The position numbers and the translations under genes were made by a program. A stretch of DNA of 63,118 bases, counting the filler, from Octopus bimaculoides (lineage: Eukaryota), in NCBI RefSeq assembly GCF_001194135.2. It is 6 parts of 5 records of this genome, joined end to end, with 100 filler letters (N's around TTAATTAATTAA, not from the genome) between each part and the next. Parts side by side here need not be neighbours in the genome. Positions count along the whole stretch, not along the records: positions 35,799 to 51,442 come from NC_068984.1; 5 more parts are not named here. One strand, given 5' to 3'. This document shows positions 37,429 to 49,553 of this stretch, in pieces; positions within the stretch are counted from its first letter, which is position 1, and every line of letters begins with the position of its first letter. The notes below the pieces were generated by a model. The model did not search any database. It was not told the DNA's origin and worked only from the letters and a program-made list of their open reading frames with translations.

Positions 37429-38160
37429 CGAGGTGGTATCAAAAAGTTCCTGAACTAGTTATGTTTAATAAAAAGTAACTTATTTACCTAAATTTTGATA
37501 TCATCTTCGAAATAGTCACCTTGCGCAGCGATACACCGGTCCCAGCGTTCCTGCTAATTTTGGGATTGGGCATGGAATTCGTTTCCCGTAAGCGAGTCGA
37601 GGACCTTCTGTGATTCGCTCTAGATCTCGACAACGGTGTGAAAATGACAACCTTTGACCTGCATTTTCATCTTGGGGAAGAGATGGAAGTTCGCAGGTGC
37701 TAAATCTTACGAAATGGGACGGGTGCGGAAGCAATACCATGGTGTTTTGGGGGAGAATTTCTTCACATTTCTGAGGATGACGCTCGTGGCAGGTCTTCCA
37801 AATCGCTCATCATCTTTTGAAGCGCCTGTGCCACTTGAAACATTGCGTACGACCCATTGCCTCGTGGCTATAAGCTTGCCGAAGCATGTTCAATGTATCT
37901 GTAGTAGACTTCCCAAGTTTAAAGCAGAATTTCACGTTGGCTCTTTGTTCCAACTTCCTGTCCATGACAAAATTGTAGACTACAGCATATACGCGATAAC
38001 AAAAACATAAATTTCACAATTTTGCGAAGTAAACACAGCAATGTCGCTCAACACACTGCCACATGAAGGTCACTGCTAGCTCTCACTGCGCACGCAACCG
38101 TGTGCTGTCATCTGTTGGCATGCTTGAGAACTAGTCCGGGAACTTTTTGATACCACTACG
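37429..38160 (-). mobile_element. Internally deleted mariner element (732 bp)
   Basis: TIRs CGAGGTGGTATCAAAAAGTTCCTGAACTAGTT and CGTAGTGGTATCAAAAAGTTCCCGGACTAGTT (rc), TA on both sides. Transposase start at 37965 (MDRKLEQRANVKFCFKLGKSTTDTLNMLRQAYSHEAMGRTQCFKWHRRF) joined to a C-terminal ERWDRCIAAQGDYFE. Confidence 0.92.
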
Positions 38161-38494
38161 TACTCCCAACCTGTCAAGTTAACTGTGTGGGATTCGGTAC
38201 TCCGTGTAGCGTAGGATAAATATATTAATAACGTGAAATATCTCACAGAAGGAGGCTTTTATATATTCTATTAATATATTGTTACATATGTTTCGGCGTG
38301 ACATGTATTTTTTCTGAGACTACTTCACTACATCCAAAGGATATTATCAGATATCATAATATTTATAATATCCGTGGACTCTAAGAGAGTCCATCAATTC
38401 TAAATTCATACCTACTCAGAAATTTTCATTAATGCTTTTAGGATTCCATCTTATTTAGGCTCCACGATATTAATGTCAGACAGTATGTAAACAA

Positions 38495-38990
38495 TATAAA
38501 AATGCCGGAATATATGTAGACGCTATGTACTGTCGGACTGTATGTAGACACTATAAGATGCGGGAGCATATGCAGAGACTGGAAAATGCCGGACTATATG
38601 TAGATCCCATAAAATGCCGCACTATATATACTTCTACATATATATATATGTAGACACTACAAAATTCCGGATTATATGTAGAGACAGTATATTTGCAGAC
38701 ACTCTACAATGTCAGATTATATGTAGGTATCTTAATATGCTGGATTATATGTTGACACTACAATATGTCAGATTATATGTAGATACAGAAAAATGCCGGA
38801 CTATATGTAGACATTATAAAACGCTGGAGTATATGTAGAAACCGTGGAATGCTGGACTATATATTGACACTACAATATGCCAGAATATATATAGACCCCG
38901 ACAAATGCAGGACTACAAGTAGAAACACTAAAATGCCGGATTATATGTAGACACAGTAGAATGCCAGTATATATGTAGACACGATAAAAA
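38495..38990. repeat. About 28-30-bp degenerate minisatellite
   Basis: Unit approximately AAAATGCCGGACTATATGTAGACACTAC, repeated about 16 times. Confidence 0.85.
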
Positions 38991-41120
38991 GACGGATGAG
39001 AATTAATTCTGTAATGCAATCATTCTATTGTTGAATTCCAACTATTGACCAATTTGTCCCAAAGTTCTTATCTCGTCGTAAAATTAATGAAGCGAATGCC
39101 ATTTATCTCCCCCTTGATCTTTGACGTCATCTGACAAACGCCAAACAAGATGGCGTGAATCAGCCAAGCTTTACCTGCTAAAAGTAGCAGCCTAAATGCT
39201 TTTAAATCAGATCCCAATGCTAGATGTTCAAGAACCAAATGAAGAGCAGCTTTTCAATCCTGTGATCATCCTGATTCCAAAAGGGTATAATATGTCTATG
39301 TAGAGCAAATGTAGGCTTAGATACAGGGGTTCCAGACGGACAGATAAAAATTCGCTTTTATTATTATAGATAATATTTCAAATATTTTACATCTTGTTAT
39401 TCAGAATTTCGTACCTGGAAGCAATCCTCAGATGTGAGGAGTTAGTGGTAGTGATCCAAACGGATAACACGTGCGCGCGTGCGCGGACATATATGTATAC
39501 ACGTATGTATATATGTATGTGTGTGAAGTGAGTATTTTCCATATATGAGATACAGTTTTTCTTTTGGACATGTATTGAAAACCCGACTGAGTTTCAGTTT
39601 ATATTTTTTATCAAAAATCTTTCTTTCCCATATTCTTGCATGAGTTCCTTGTATTTTCATGTGTAATAGTTAAGTTTACAAGTTCATGATCAAAGTTTGT
39701 AGCCCTTCATTGTCTTATCTCCTGGATGAAATTATGCTGGTGTATATTGCAACCTTTTTGTGGGAGGCAGGACAGACGTAATAAGGGCACACATCTCCGC
39801 CAGACTTTGTATTTTGACCGTTAGATTACATGTCATTAATCAGGTATTTATCCTTGTGATTAGCATAATCTGTATATTTATTCAATTTTTTTCTGTGCTA
39901 TGGCTATAGCAATACACACCAACATCACTTCATCGGGAAGATAAGGTCGTGAAGGCCTAGTAATGTTGATGATGGATTAGGAATCTAAGAACTCCTGCGA
40001 AAATATGAAAGAAAAAAAACCCTGAAATTGAGAATGAATTAAATTAAAACAAAACACAGGCGTATTTTCAGAACATCATACACACACATACCCATACCGC
40101 CACCATCATATATATGTATATATACACACATTTATATACATAGATAATTAATCAATTATTTAATTGGTTAATTGGCTTGCCAAAGTTCTTTCATCCTTAT
40201 CGAGAACAACTTGCCACTCCGTGCATTTCTCGACTCCGAACATTGTGTTAGTTTCTTGGAATCCAGTCTGAGATCGATAAAGTCATAAGCTGTGACGAAA
40301 TAACTTTCACAAACTAATTAATAAATTAATCAATCGATTAATTCTGTAATTAATTGATAATGAAACTGTATTGAAATACAATTAGTTTGTGTGCCATACA
40401 GGCAGAATGAATCACCCAGAGTAAAACAATATCTGTTTCAAAACAATTTCACATCAAGAATTCTGCAAAACACATGTATTAGTACAAATGCAGCACATAC
40501 ATACAAACATACAAACATACATACATACATACATACATACATACATACATACATACATACATACATAAAGGAGCACTCCGTTGGTTATGACGACGACGGT
40601 CCCAGCTGATACGATCAACGGAACAGCCTGCTCATGAAATTAACGTGCTAGTGACTGAGCAATCCACAGGGAGACTCAGCGTGACACATAGCGTAACAAG
40701 GCCGGCCCTTTGAAATACAGGTACTACTCATTTTTGCCAGCTGAGTGGACTGGAGCAACGTGAAATAAAGTGTCTTGTTCAAGGACACAANNNNNNNNNN
40801 GACTGGAGCAACGTGAAATAAAGTGTCTTGTTCAAGGACACAACGCGTCGCCGGGAATCGAACTCACGACCTTACGATCGTGAGCCGAATGCCCTAACTA
40901 CTAAGCCACGCACCCTCACCATACATACATACAAACACACACACATGCACACACACACACACACATACATACATACATACATACATACATACATACATGC
41001 ATACATACATATATGCATACATACATACATACATACATACATACAAACACACACAAATGCACACACACATACACGCATACATACATACATACATACATAC
41101 ATACATACATACATACATAC

Positions 41121-41870
41121 AGGAAATATCAACCCAATACTTGTTGTGCAAAAGGGACAGAGATGCAAGAAAAGCAGTAAAATGTGATAACCGATGCAGA
41201 CTTTGTGAAGTTAACACCGAAGATATCACCCACATCATAAGCAGTTGCCCGAAAATGTCATTATGGTCTATCTACCGATGAGACATGATGCTGTAGCTTA
41301 GACACTGAATGATGAGATCCGTCGGAAAGATAACTCCGAGGCCAAAGAAATAAGAACCCAGAGTGTGGTAGAAGCCATAGTCACTCGTAATAAGAAGGAG
41401 TACTGGTGGAATGTCCCAGTGAAAACTTCAATAAAATGTAAACATAATAGACCTGACATAGTGATTTTGGATGAAGAAGAGAAACTGCATACAGTTGTGG
41501 AAATCAGCTGCCCAGCGAATGTTATCATAAAGCTGAAGATCAGCGAAAAAGAAAATACCTACGCTGAGCTATTGAGAAATCTACAGTTACTCTGTCCACA
41601 TTACAAGTACAGGTTCATACCTGTAATTATTGGGGCACTGATGTATGTAACACACTGGCCTAAGTACCAATCTTGAGAAATTAGGCTTCTCAAAACTAGA
41701 AAGGAAAAAGCTGATTCGAAGACTACAGATCCAAGCCATCACTGGAACTGTAAAAATCTATAAAACCTTCCAGAAGTTTATCATTTAAGTATATATGAGC
41801 GTTTCTAGATATGCAACTATATACATAAGAAGACATACATAAAACAAAGCATACAAATCTGCAAGTATAC
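41121..41870 (+). mobile_element. 5'-truncated RLE-type LINE 3' end (CCHC knuckle plus PD-(D/E)xK endonuclease)
   Basis: CRLCEVNTEDITHIISSCPKM; WWNVPVKTSIKCKHNRPDIVILD...VVEISCP...EKENTYAELLRNLQLL...RFIPVIIGAL. Contains stops and frameshifts; flanked by (TACA)n. Confidence 0.88.
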
Positions 41871-42104
41871 ATACGTACATACATACATACATACATACAT
41901 ACATACATACATACATACATACATACATAGATGCCCTGTTGACGTTGTTGAAGTTCCACTGAAGGAGCCTTGGANNNNNNNNNNTGTTGACGTTGTTGAA
42001 GTTCCACTGAAGGAGCCTTGGATCTGGGCTAGAAACCGGTTCTTTCTCTATTGGCAAGAAATCTTGAAATATACTGAATAATGACATACATACATGCATG
42101 CATA

Positions 42105-44290
42105 CTACTCTAATTAACAGGGATTTAGCCTTGAAGTTTGGTGAGAACAAGTCTCTTCAAATCTCAAGAATCTTTCTTAGGATTCTTACAAGATACAGGA
42201 TTGCACTTTCTTGCAGGTCGACAATGAGTATTTCAGTTCCAGTATCCTTCAGCCTCTTACGTAGCAGTTTGAGTATTGTGCCTATTACGGAAGGCGCATG
42301 GTTCAGTGGCTAGAGCGTCGGGCTCACAGTTATGAGGTAGTGAGTTCGATTCCAGGACCGGGCTATGAGTTGTATTCTTGAGCAAAATACTATATTTTAC
42401 GCTGATTCAGTTCACTCGGCTGTAGAAATGAGCTGCGACATCACTGGCATCAAGCTGTATTGGCGTTTGCCTTTCCCTTGGATAACATCGGTGGCGTAGA
42501 GAGGGGAGGCTGGTATGCATGGGCAACTGCTGGTCTTCCATAAACAACCTTGCCCAGACTTGTGCCTTGGAGGGGAACTTTCATGGTGCAATCCTACCGA
42601 AAGGGGTTTCTAACTTTTGCACCAAATACCACGGGAACAATTCTTACATTTGCCTCCTACAATCTATTCAACTATTTTGTTAGATCCTAGTTTTTCTTAA
42701 TTTTTCAATTTCTTTGGTATCTACTCTGTTATCATCTAGTATTGCAAAGTCTCTGGTCTTGCACCATTTTCCCCCTGCTTGAATAGTACTGTTAGTTTTT
42801 ATAGTGAATTCCCATAAAATCTTACAATTTGTATTTACGGTTACAGCCTCAGTTTCATGTTCATGCCACATTTCTGTTACTTAGTACCTTGGCTAATAAC
42901 ACACTGCACTTTTGTGCCAACACAGTCATACCTGCGCTTATACTCTTTTTGTGCTAGCATTCTGCATTCACTTAAGAGATGATTAATACCTTAGTCTCCT
43001 TTCCCCTGATCTATACCTATTAGTCCTCTATCACCATTCTTTCTTTTCATATACAGTCTGTTTAGGTTTGCTTTAGGGTGTGGCGCCTCATGCAGCGTCA
43101 TCAACTTTTTCGTCATTCTATCCAGAGTTGATATTTCCTCCTTAGTCCATTTGAAGATGGGCGCACTATATTTGATCACCGCAACTGTCCAGATATTCAT
43201 TGCGGTAATCAAAGTTTTGACATTCAGGTTGGATTTCAACACCATCTTCACCCTTTTTTTATACGCCTCACTGACCTTGACTTTCATTTCGCTGTGTAGA
43301 CTGTCATCCAGCTCCAAAATCCCTAAATATCTATACCCACTACCGTCGGGTTCACCCATGGTCTCTCCTGATGGCAACCGCAATCCTCTGCAGGCTGCTT
43401 TCTTCTCTCTTTTCATATTAAGTACTGAGCATTTGGTAATCTCAAATTCCATATCGATATCCCTACCACACTTCTGGACTGTTTTGGTTAAGGAATTTAT
43501 CTGCTTTTCAGATTTCCCAAGCAATTTCAGGTCATCCATAAACAGAAGATGGTTCAATGATAGACCTTTCTTAACACATCGGTAATCCATCTTAACTTTC
43601 TTAAGTGTCATTGTTATGGGTATTAGTGCAATTACAAATAGTAACGTAGAAAACGAGTCACGTTGGAAGATTCCCCTTTTAATATTAACTTCTCCAAGGA
43701 ATGCATTACTTGAGTACAATTTGGTTTTCCACTCTTCCATGCTATGTATCAGAAAACTTGTGATGTCAGCAACACCAAACCTCTGCAGGCATTCAACGAT
43801 CCAAGAATGAAGCATCATATCATATGCTTTCTTAAAGTCAATCCAAGCCATAGATATGTTTGTATAATGTTTTTTACAATGCCTCAAAACTGTTTTATCG
43901 ATGACCAGGTAATCCTTGGTACCCCGAGAACTCTTGCTACATCCTTCTTGTTCCCTTGGTAGTATTTCTTCCTGTGCCAGGAAAGTATATACCTTTGCTG
44001 TACATATTCCAGTGAGTATCTTCCAGATTATATTTAGGCATGCTATGAGACGGTAGTTTCCCACAATATTCCCCTTTCTTCTATCTTTCATTATAAGTGT
44101 CATCCTCCCAGTCACCATCCACGCGGGAACTGTACCTTTCTGGACACACTCATTCAATGGACTGTTAATCTTTCATGCACCGCGGAGCATCTCTTCAGCT
44201 AAAAGCCATGAATCCCATCTAGTCCGGGGGGCTTTCCAGTTAGGCACTTTACCCACTTGTTCTTTCATGTCAACCTGGCAGAATCCTTAG
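42105..44290 (-). mobile_element. Degenerate R4/Dong/NeSL-type LINE (RT plus RLE remnant), interrupted by a SINE
   Basis: ORF 42991-44157 has RT motifs AWIDFKKAYD, GIFQRDS and LNHLLFMDDLKLL. KILWEFTIKT at 42680-42871; C-terminal DLQESAILYLVRILRKILEI* at about 42160-42285; VPNWKAPG upstream at about 44240. Confidence 0.9.
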
Positions 44291-45093
44291 CAACATTCCG
44301 TCCGTCTTTACGTTCTGAATTCAAATTTCGCTGAGGTCGATTTTGCCTTTCATCTTTTCGGTATCTATAAAATAAATACGAGTTGAACATTGAGGTTGAC
44401 GCTATCAACTATCTCCCTCTCCACAAAATTTCAGGCCTTGTACCTATAGAAGAAAAGATTATGGTTACTGCAGCAATACATGGAAATTAACACTGCTTCT
44501 GTTCTGAAAAGTTTCACAAAAAATCGATTCTGTTGGCTTGAAAGAATTCAAATATTTAATCTTTTTTTTTTATAACTGGATATGGAAAAGATCAGATGAG
44601 TCTTTGTGTGTCTATTTTAATTGCAAGATTACCCTCCGGAGGAATCAGCATGTTTTTAATTTTAAATTTGTGCTGGGTCGATTGTTAAGTTAAAAATTTA
44701 CAGAATGGTAAACAACAACTTAATGAAAAATGTTTAAGGGCGAAGTACTGAACAAACAGAGAGAAGGAAAGAACGTAAATGAAAAGGTAGAAGAAGAGAA
44801 AAAGAGAGTGAGAGACGGAACGAAAAGCGTTTCTCGTTTCATCTATCTTTTACTTGTTTCCGTCATTGGACTGCGGTCATGCTGAGGCATCACCTTGAAG
44901 GATTTAGTTGAAGAAATCAATCTCAGATATTATGTGTTTCTTTAAAGTCTGGTTCTTAATCTATCGGCTCCCTTTTGCCGAACTGCTAAGTTTCAGGAAG
45001 TAAAGAAACCAATACCGGTTGTCAATCGGTGGTGGGGATCAAATACAAGAACAAAGATACACACAAAACAGTCACACACACATGCACGCACGC

Positions 45094-45134
<41 letters not shown>

Positions 45135-47181
45135 ACACACACACACACATTATACGACGGGCTTCCACACAGTTCCGTCAACCAAATTCACTCACAAGGC
45201 ATTGGATGGTCCGAGGCTATAATAATAGTCACTTGTACAAGGTGCTGCACCGTGGAACTGAAACCCGAAACCACACAGTTGCAAAGTGAGCTTCCTTAAC
45301 CACACATCCATACCCGCGCCTAGAAAACAGGGGGAAAAAAATTTACAACGACATAAGCAATGACAGTAATGACAATTATACACCGACAAATACAACAACA
45401 GAAAGAAGAATAATAACTAAGAAAGTTATCCAGAACGTTGGTAGCTTATTCAACTTCAATGAAGAATTCCCATGTTTGAGACCTTCTAAGACAAGTAGCT
45501 GCACTGTTAACAACAGCAGTAGCAAGGTGGAGGTGGAACTGTGCCATGATAACACCGCCACCACCACACTCAACACCCCTACACCACCACCAAAATGTCA
45601 ACAACAACAATATAAATGAAAATCACAATCACTACAACCATAATCACAAATGAAAGAAAGATATTGAATATAAGATCATCTGTGACAGCAACAGCAAAGT
45701 GCACAAAATGACCCTCATTCTGCATCAGTGTCGTTTGTTGTTCAGAAGAGAGGCACTAAGAGACTGTTATAAATAGCAAAAGCATATCCACAAATGCGGA
45801 AGGCTTTGGCGGACTCCCTCCTCAAATCTTCAAAGACCGTTTGCTTGTCTGAACAAACTCCACCCCTAAACGTAGACTGTTAAAAGAAAAGTATCTCTTT
45901 GATGTTAGACAATTTAAAAAAAAAAAACAAAGCTCAACAAAAACTGTTTTAGAAAGGACCGTCAATACTTTCCTCTCAAGAAACAAGAAGGCTGGATCAA
46001 TCAAGCTTCTCGTTACTTTTGCCAACACAGAACATCATTACTTTCCTCGAATTCTACTGTTTTACTACATGTCGTGGATTTCTTTAGTGCTTTTGCTGTT
46101 GAATTTAACTAGAAACACATATAGTGTAGTCCATTACCCTTATTGACGATGACTGGAACGTGGTTCTCAAATTTAAGTGACNNNNNNNNNNNNNNNNNNN
46201 NNNNNNNNNNNNNNNNNNNNNNNNNNNNNNNNNNNNNNNNNNNNNNNNNNNNNNNNNNNNNNNNNNNNNNNNNNNNNNNNNNNNNNNNNNNNNNNNNNNN
46301 NNNNNNNNNNNNNNNNNNNNNNNNNNNNNNNNNNNNNNNNNNNNNNNNNNNNNNNNNNNNNNNNNNNNNNNNNNNNNNNNNNNNNNNNNNNNNNNNNNNN
46401 NNNNNNNNNNNNNNNNNNNNNNNNNNNNNNNNNNNNNNNNNNNNNNNNNNNNNNNNNNNNNNNNNNNNNNNNNNNNNNNNNNNNNNNNNNNNNNNNNNNN
46501 NNNNNNNNNNNNNNNNNNNNNNNNNNNNNNNNNNNNNNNNNNNNNNNNNNNNNNNNNNNNNNNNNNNNNNNNNNNNNNNNNNNNNNNNNNNNNNNNNNNN
46601 NNNNNNNNNNNNNNNNNNNNNNNNNNNNNNNNNNNNNNNNNNNNNNNNNNNNNNNNNNNNNNNNNNNNNNNNNNNNNNNNNNNNNNNNNNNNNNNNNNNN
46701 NNNNNNNNNNNNNNNNNNNNNNNNNNNNNNNNNNNNNNNNNNNNNNNNNNNNNNNNNNNNNNNNNNNNNNNNNAGATTTCCCTGGAAGTTCACAAATCTT
46801 AAGGCTGCCAAAATCGTCTGAGACTTTCTGTGCAAGAAAATACTTTTGGTAAATACTAAATCGAAGCCTCTATTTGGTACCAGTCTGAAAATTCGAAAGA
46901 TTTCTTTGGCTACACAAAGTTTAATCTACCCGTGATTTCGTGTTTTACGTAGGCTTGAAGGTCTATTAGCTTTTTCTAAGATTTATTTAGCTCTTGGAGC
47001 TAATCAACGGCAACATTCGTCCTATTTTCCTGGACTGCCATGTTAGCTTGGTGATAACTATTAATATCCAGTACCGCTGCCGTAGTCTCCTTTAGAGAGA
47101 TTTAGAAATAATAATATTTGTATTTAGAAAATCATTTTTTCTCTGCTGTATACAGTAATGCATATTTTCAATAGAGTATTA

Positions 47182-47435
47182 TCTCTTTTGTGGAAGCGCG
47201 TGGCTTAGTGGTTAGGGTGTCAGCATCATGATCGAAAGATTGTGGTTTCGATTCCTGGACCGGGCGACGCGTTGTGCTCTTGAGCAAAACACTTCATTTC
47301 ACGTTGCTCCAGTCCACTCAGCTGGCAAAAATGAGTAACGCTGCGATGGACTGGCGTCCCGTCCAGCTGGGGAGCACATACGCCATTGAAACCGGGAAAC
47401 CGGGCCCATGAGCCTGGCTAGGCTTTAAAAGAGTG
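47182..47435 (+). mobile_element. tRNA-derived SINE, family C core (TTGAGCAARACACT...GTTGCTCCAGTCCACTCAGCTG); related copies at 42289-42596+, 40570-40917-, 7213-7460-
   Basis: A/B boxes TGGCTTAGTGG and GGTTTCGATTCC; shared central core with different 3' tails. Confidence 0.8.
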
Positions 47436-47994
47436 CATTTATTTTATATTATCTCTTTTAGATAATGCAGCAAGCCATCCAGTGAACTTGTATGATTTTC
47501 AGGAAGATTTCCGTCGGAATGCTTCTCAATTTCTAATATGAACGTCAATGGGGAAAATTTCGCGTTACGGGATTCCAGTTGAAAGCAAGATTTATAGGAT
47601 ACTGACTTTAATTGACTAATATTGCTTTTCTCTTCAATGCTAACTATTTCTAGGTAGCTGTGTTAAACGTGCTAACACTAACTTAACTATTGTTTTTCAT
47701 GCAGATGGCGTCACCAAGTAATTCTCTAAACTATTCGAGTTGTCTACGTCAACTTGAACATTTACTTAATGGTTCTCCCATCACCACTTCAGCAAGTGTG
47801 GTGAAGTCTCTGCTTCTCTGAGGAAGGTTATAATAAAGCCTTTAACATATGGTGGTGCCTCCTGTACGTCACAAAAACCAACTTTTCTCATTACTCACGG
47901 CATAACATTTATTTCTCTGTTTGAACTCTTTACCAACACAGAACATCACTATTTCAATTGATTCTATGTTTTACTTAACAATATCAACCAGTGA

Positions 47995-48225
47995 TTTAAG
48001 GCGGCGAGCTAGAAGAATCGTTACCGCTCTGGATAAAATGTGTCGCGGCATTTCTTCTGTCTTCACGTCCTGAGTCCAAATTCTGCCGAGGTCCACTTTG
48101 CCTGTCATCCTTTCGGGGTCGATAAATTAAGTACCAGCCTGAGGACTGGGATCGATGTAATCGACTTATCCCTTCCCTCGAAACCGCTGGCTTTGTGCCA
48201 AAATTTGAAATCAATATTAATCAGT
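47995..48225 (+). mobile_element. SINE family D with a Meta-domain-like core (GCCTTTCATCCTTTCGGGGTCGATAAATTAAGTACC). Other copies: 1-110+, 13684-13985-, 21380-21590-, 21600-21810-, 33330-33470-, 33580-33725-, 44300-44460+, 52520-52650-, 55375-55490-
   Basis: Repeated conserved core and tRNA-like head across about 10 copies; the Meta-domain assignment is from recall and unverified. Confidence 0.8.
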
Positions 48226-49163
48226 GATTAATACTGTTTGTTTTTGACGCTTTCTGCATTAAATATATAAGCACCCCTTTAACTGGTAGCTGTTAAGGTT
48301 CAAATTGTTATTGTTTAACCCTAAGTCAACCCTGATTGAGCAAATTTATGATCAAATGGCTTTCCAGCCTTCACCTACATGCCTTTCTAGTGGTTTCTAG
48401 AACTACACTCAATCCTTTTTTTCGATGGTAGGATGAGATTTGGTATTTTTGGCAAATCAATCAACCATGTAGAGATTCGAGGATTCGGGTTATTATTTTA
48501 AAACTGGTGCGCAGCGCCTACGTACATACGATAAGAGCAGTGTATTTTCCAAGCCGACAGTTTCATAGTTAACCAAAATTCGGAAAATACAAAATGTCCG
48601 AATTTACATCTTCTCACAGCATTTATTGTATTTGATGAATCTCATTTTTACATATTCCCTTACCAATTCAGACCATCACCAGTTATCTCGGAAAGCTAAG
48701 CATTTCAAGGTAGATAACTTGTCGAAACAAGTTACCTTTTATAGTTGTTCCCCTTGATTATTACACCGATATTCTAATAGAAGCAATTACATAATGGAAG
48801 AATCATAACATCCATTTAAAACGCACAATATCATTACATTCACGATTGTTTTATTTTGTAATAGTATTAAATACTACAGAGTATCAAATTCGTCGCAGAT
48901 CTAAGACACTTATTTCACAGTAGGAAATTGCTACAAGGGCCCGATGTCTAAATTTATGAGTTTCAGATGTTAAAGACTTGAATTGCATATTCGTTTTCAT
49001 TTTAAGTTTTCTGTTTTTTTAAAGCGTTACAGTGAAATTTGTAATCTTTTATTACTTGTTTCAGCCGTTGGACTGTGGCCATACTGGAGCAGTGCCTCAA
49101 ACGGTTTAGTTGAACAAATCAACTCTAGTACTTAATAAATCTGGTACTTTTTTTAGTCATTTT

Positions 49164-49553
49164 GGTAAATTTTTTGAGTAACGCCCGCATGATTTCCACT
49201 AAGAAAGAAAAAAATAATCGGATTTTTTGCGTGGAATCAAGTACCCTGACCTCCTAATATGCTGCAGATCTCTTATTTTGTTTCGTTAAGAGGTGTGCGA
49301 GAGGGCCCCCCCCCCCGTCTCGGAATCATTGGAAATTTTTTTTTTTTTCTGTTGAATGAATTCATGTGACCTCCTAATATGCTGTAAAACCCTTTTTGGG
49401 GTCCGAAAAACGAGGTGGAGTGAGGTGGAAGCCTTGGAAATTTCACCCATACCCCCATTGATCTTTTCACTAAGGCAAAAAAAAAAAATAATAAAACTCG
49501 GATTTTTTTTTTCCTTAGTGAAAATTGTGTGGGTGTTACTCAAAAAATTTACC
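49164..49553. mobile_element. MITE with about 50-bp TIRs, Merlin-like ends
   Basis: GGTAAATTTTTTGAGTAACRCCCRCA...CACTAAG at both ends in inverted orientation; 8-bp flanks GTCATTTT and ATCATTTT (7/8). Confidence 0.75.

Noticed and set aside
40748-40843. Direct repeats flanking 10-N gaps (also 41937-42022)
   Set aside because: Duplicated contig-end overlaps, an assembly artefact.
46080-47100. Possible Tx1/L1 endonuclease relic (DDWNVVL) spanning a gap
   Set aside because: Too degenerate to support beyond one short motif.
47704-47820. Acceptor followed by a 38-codon ATG ORF (MASPSNSL...)
   Set aside because: Short, no recognisable homology, no supporting exons.
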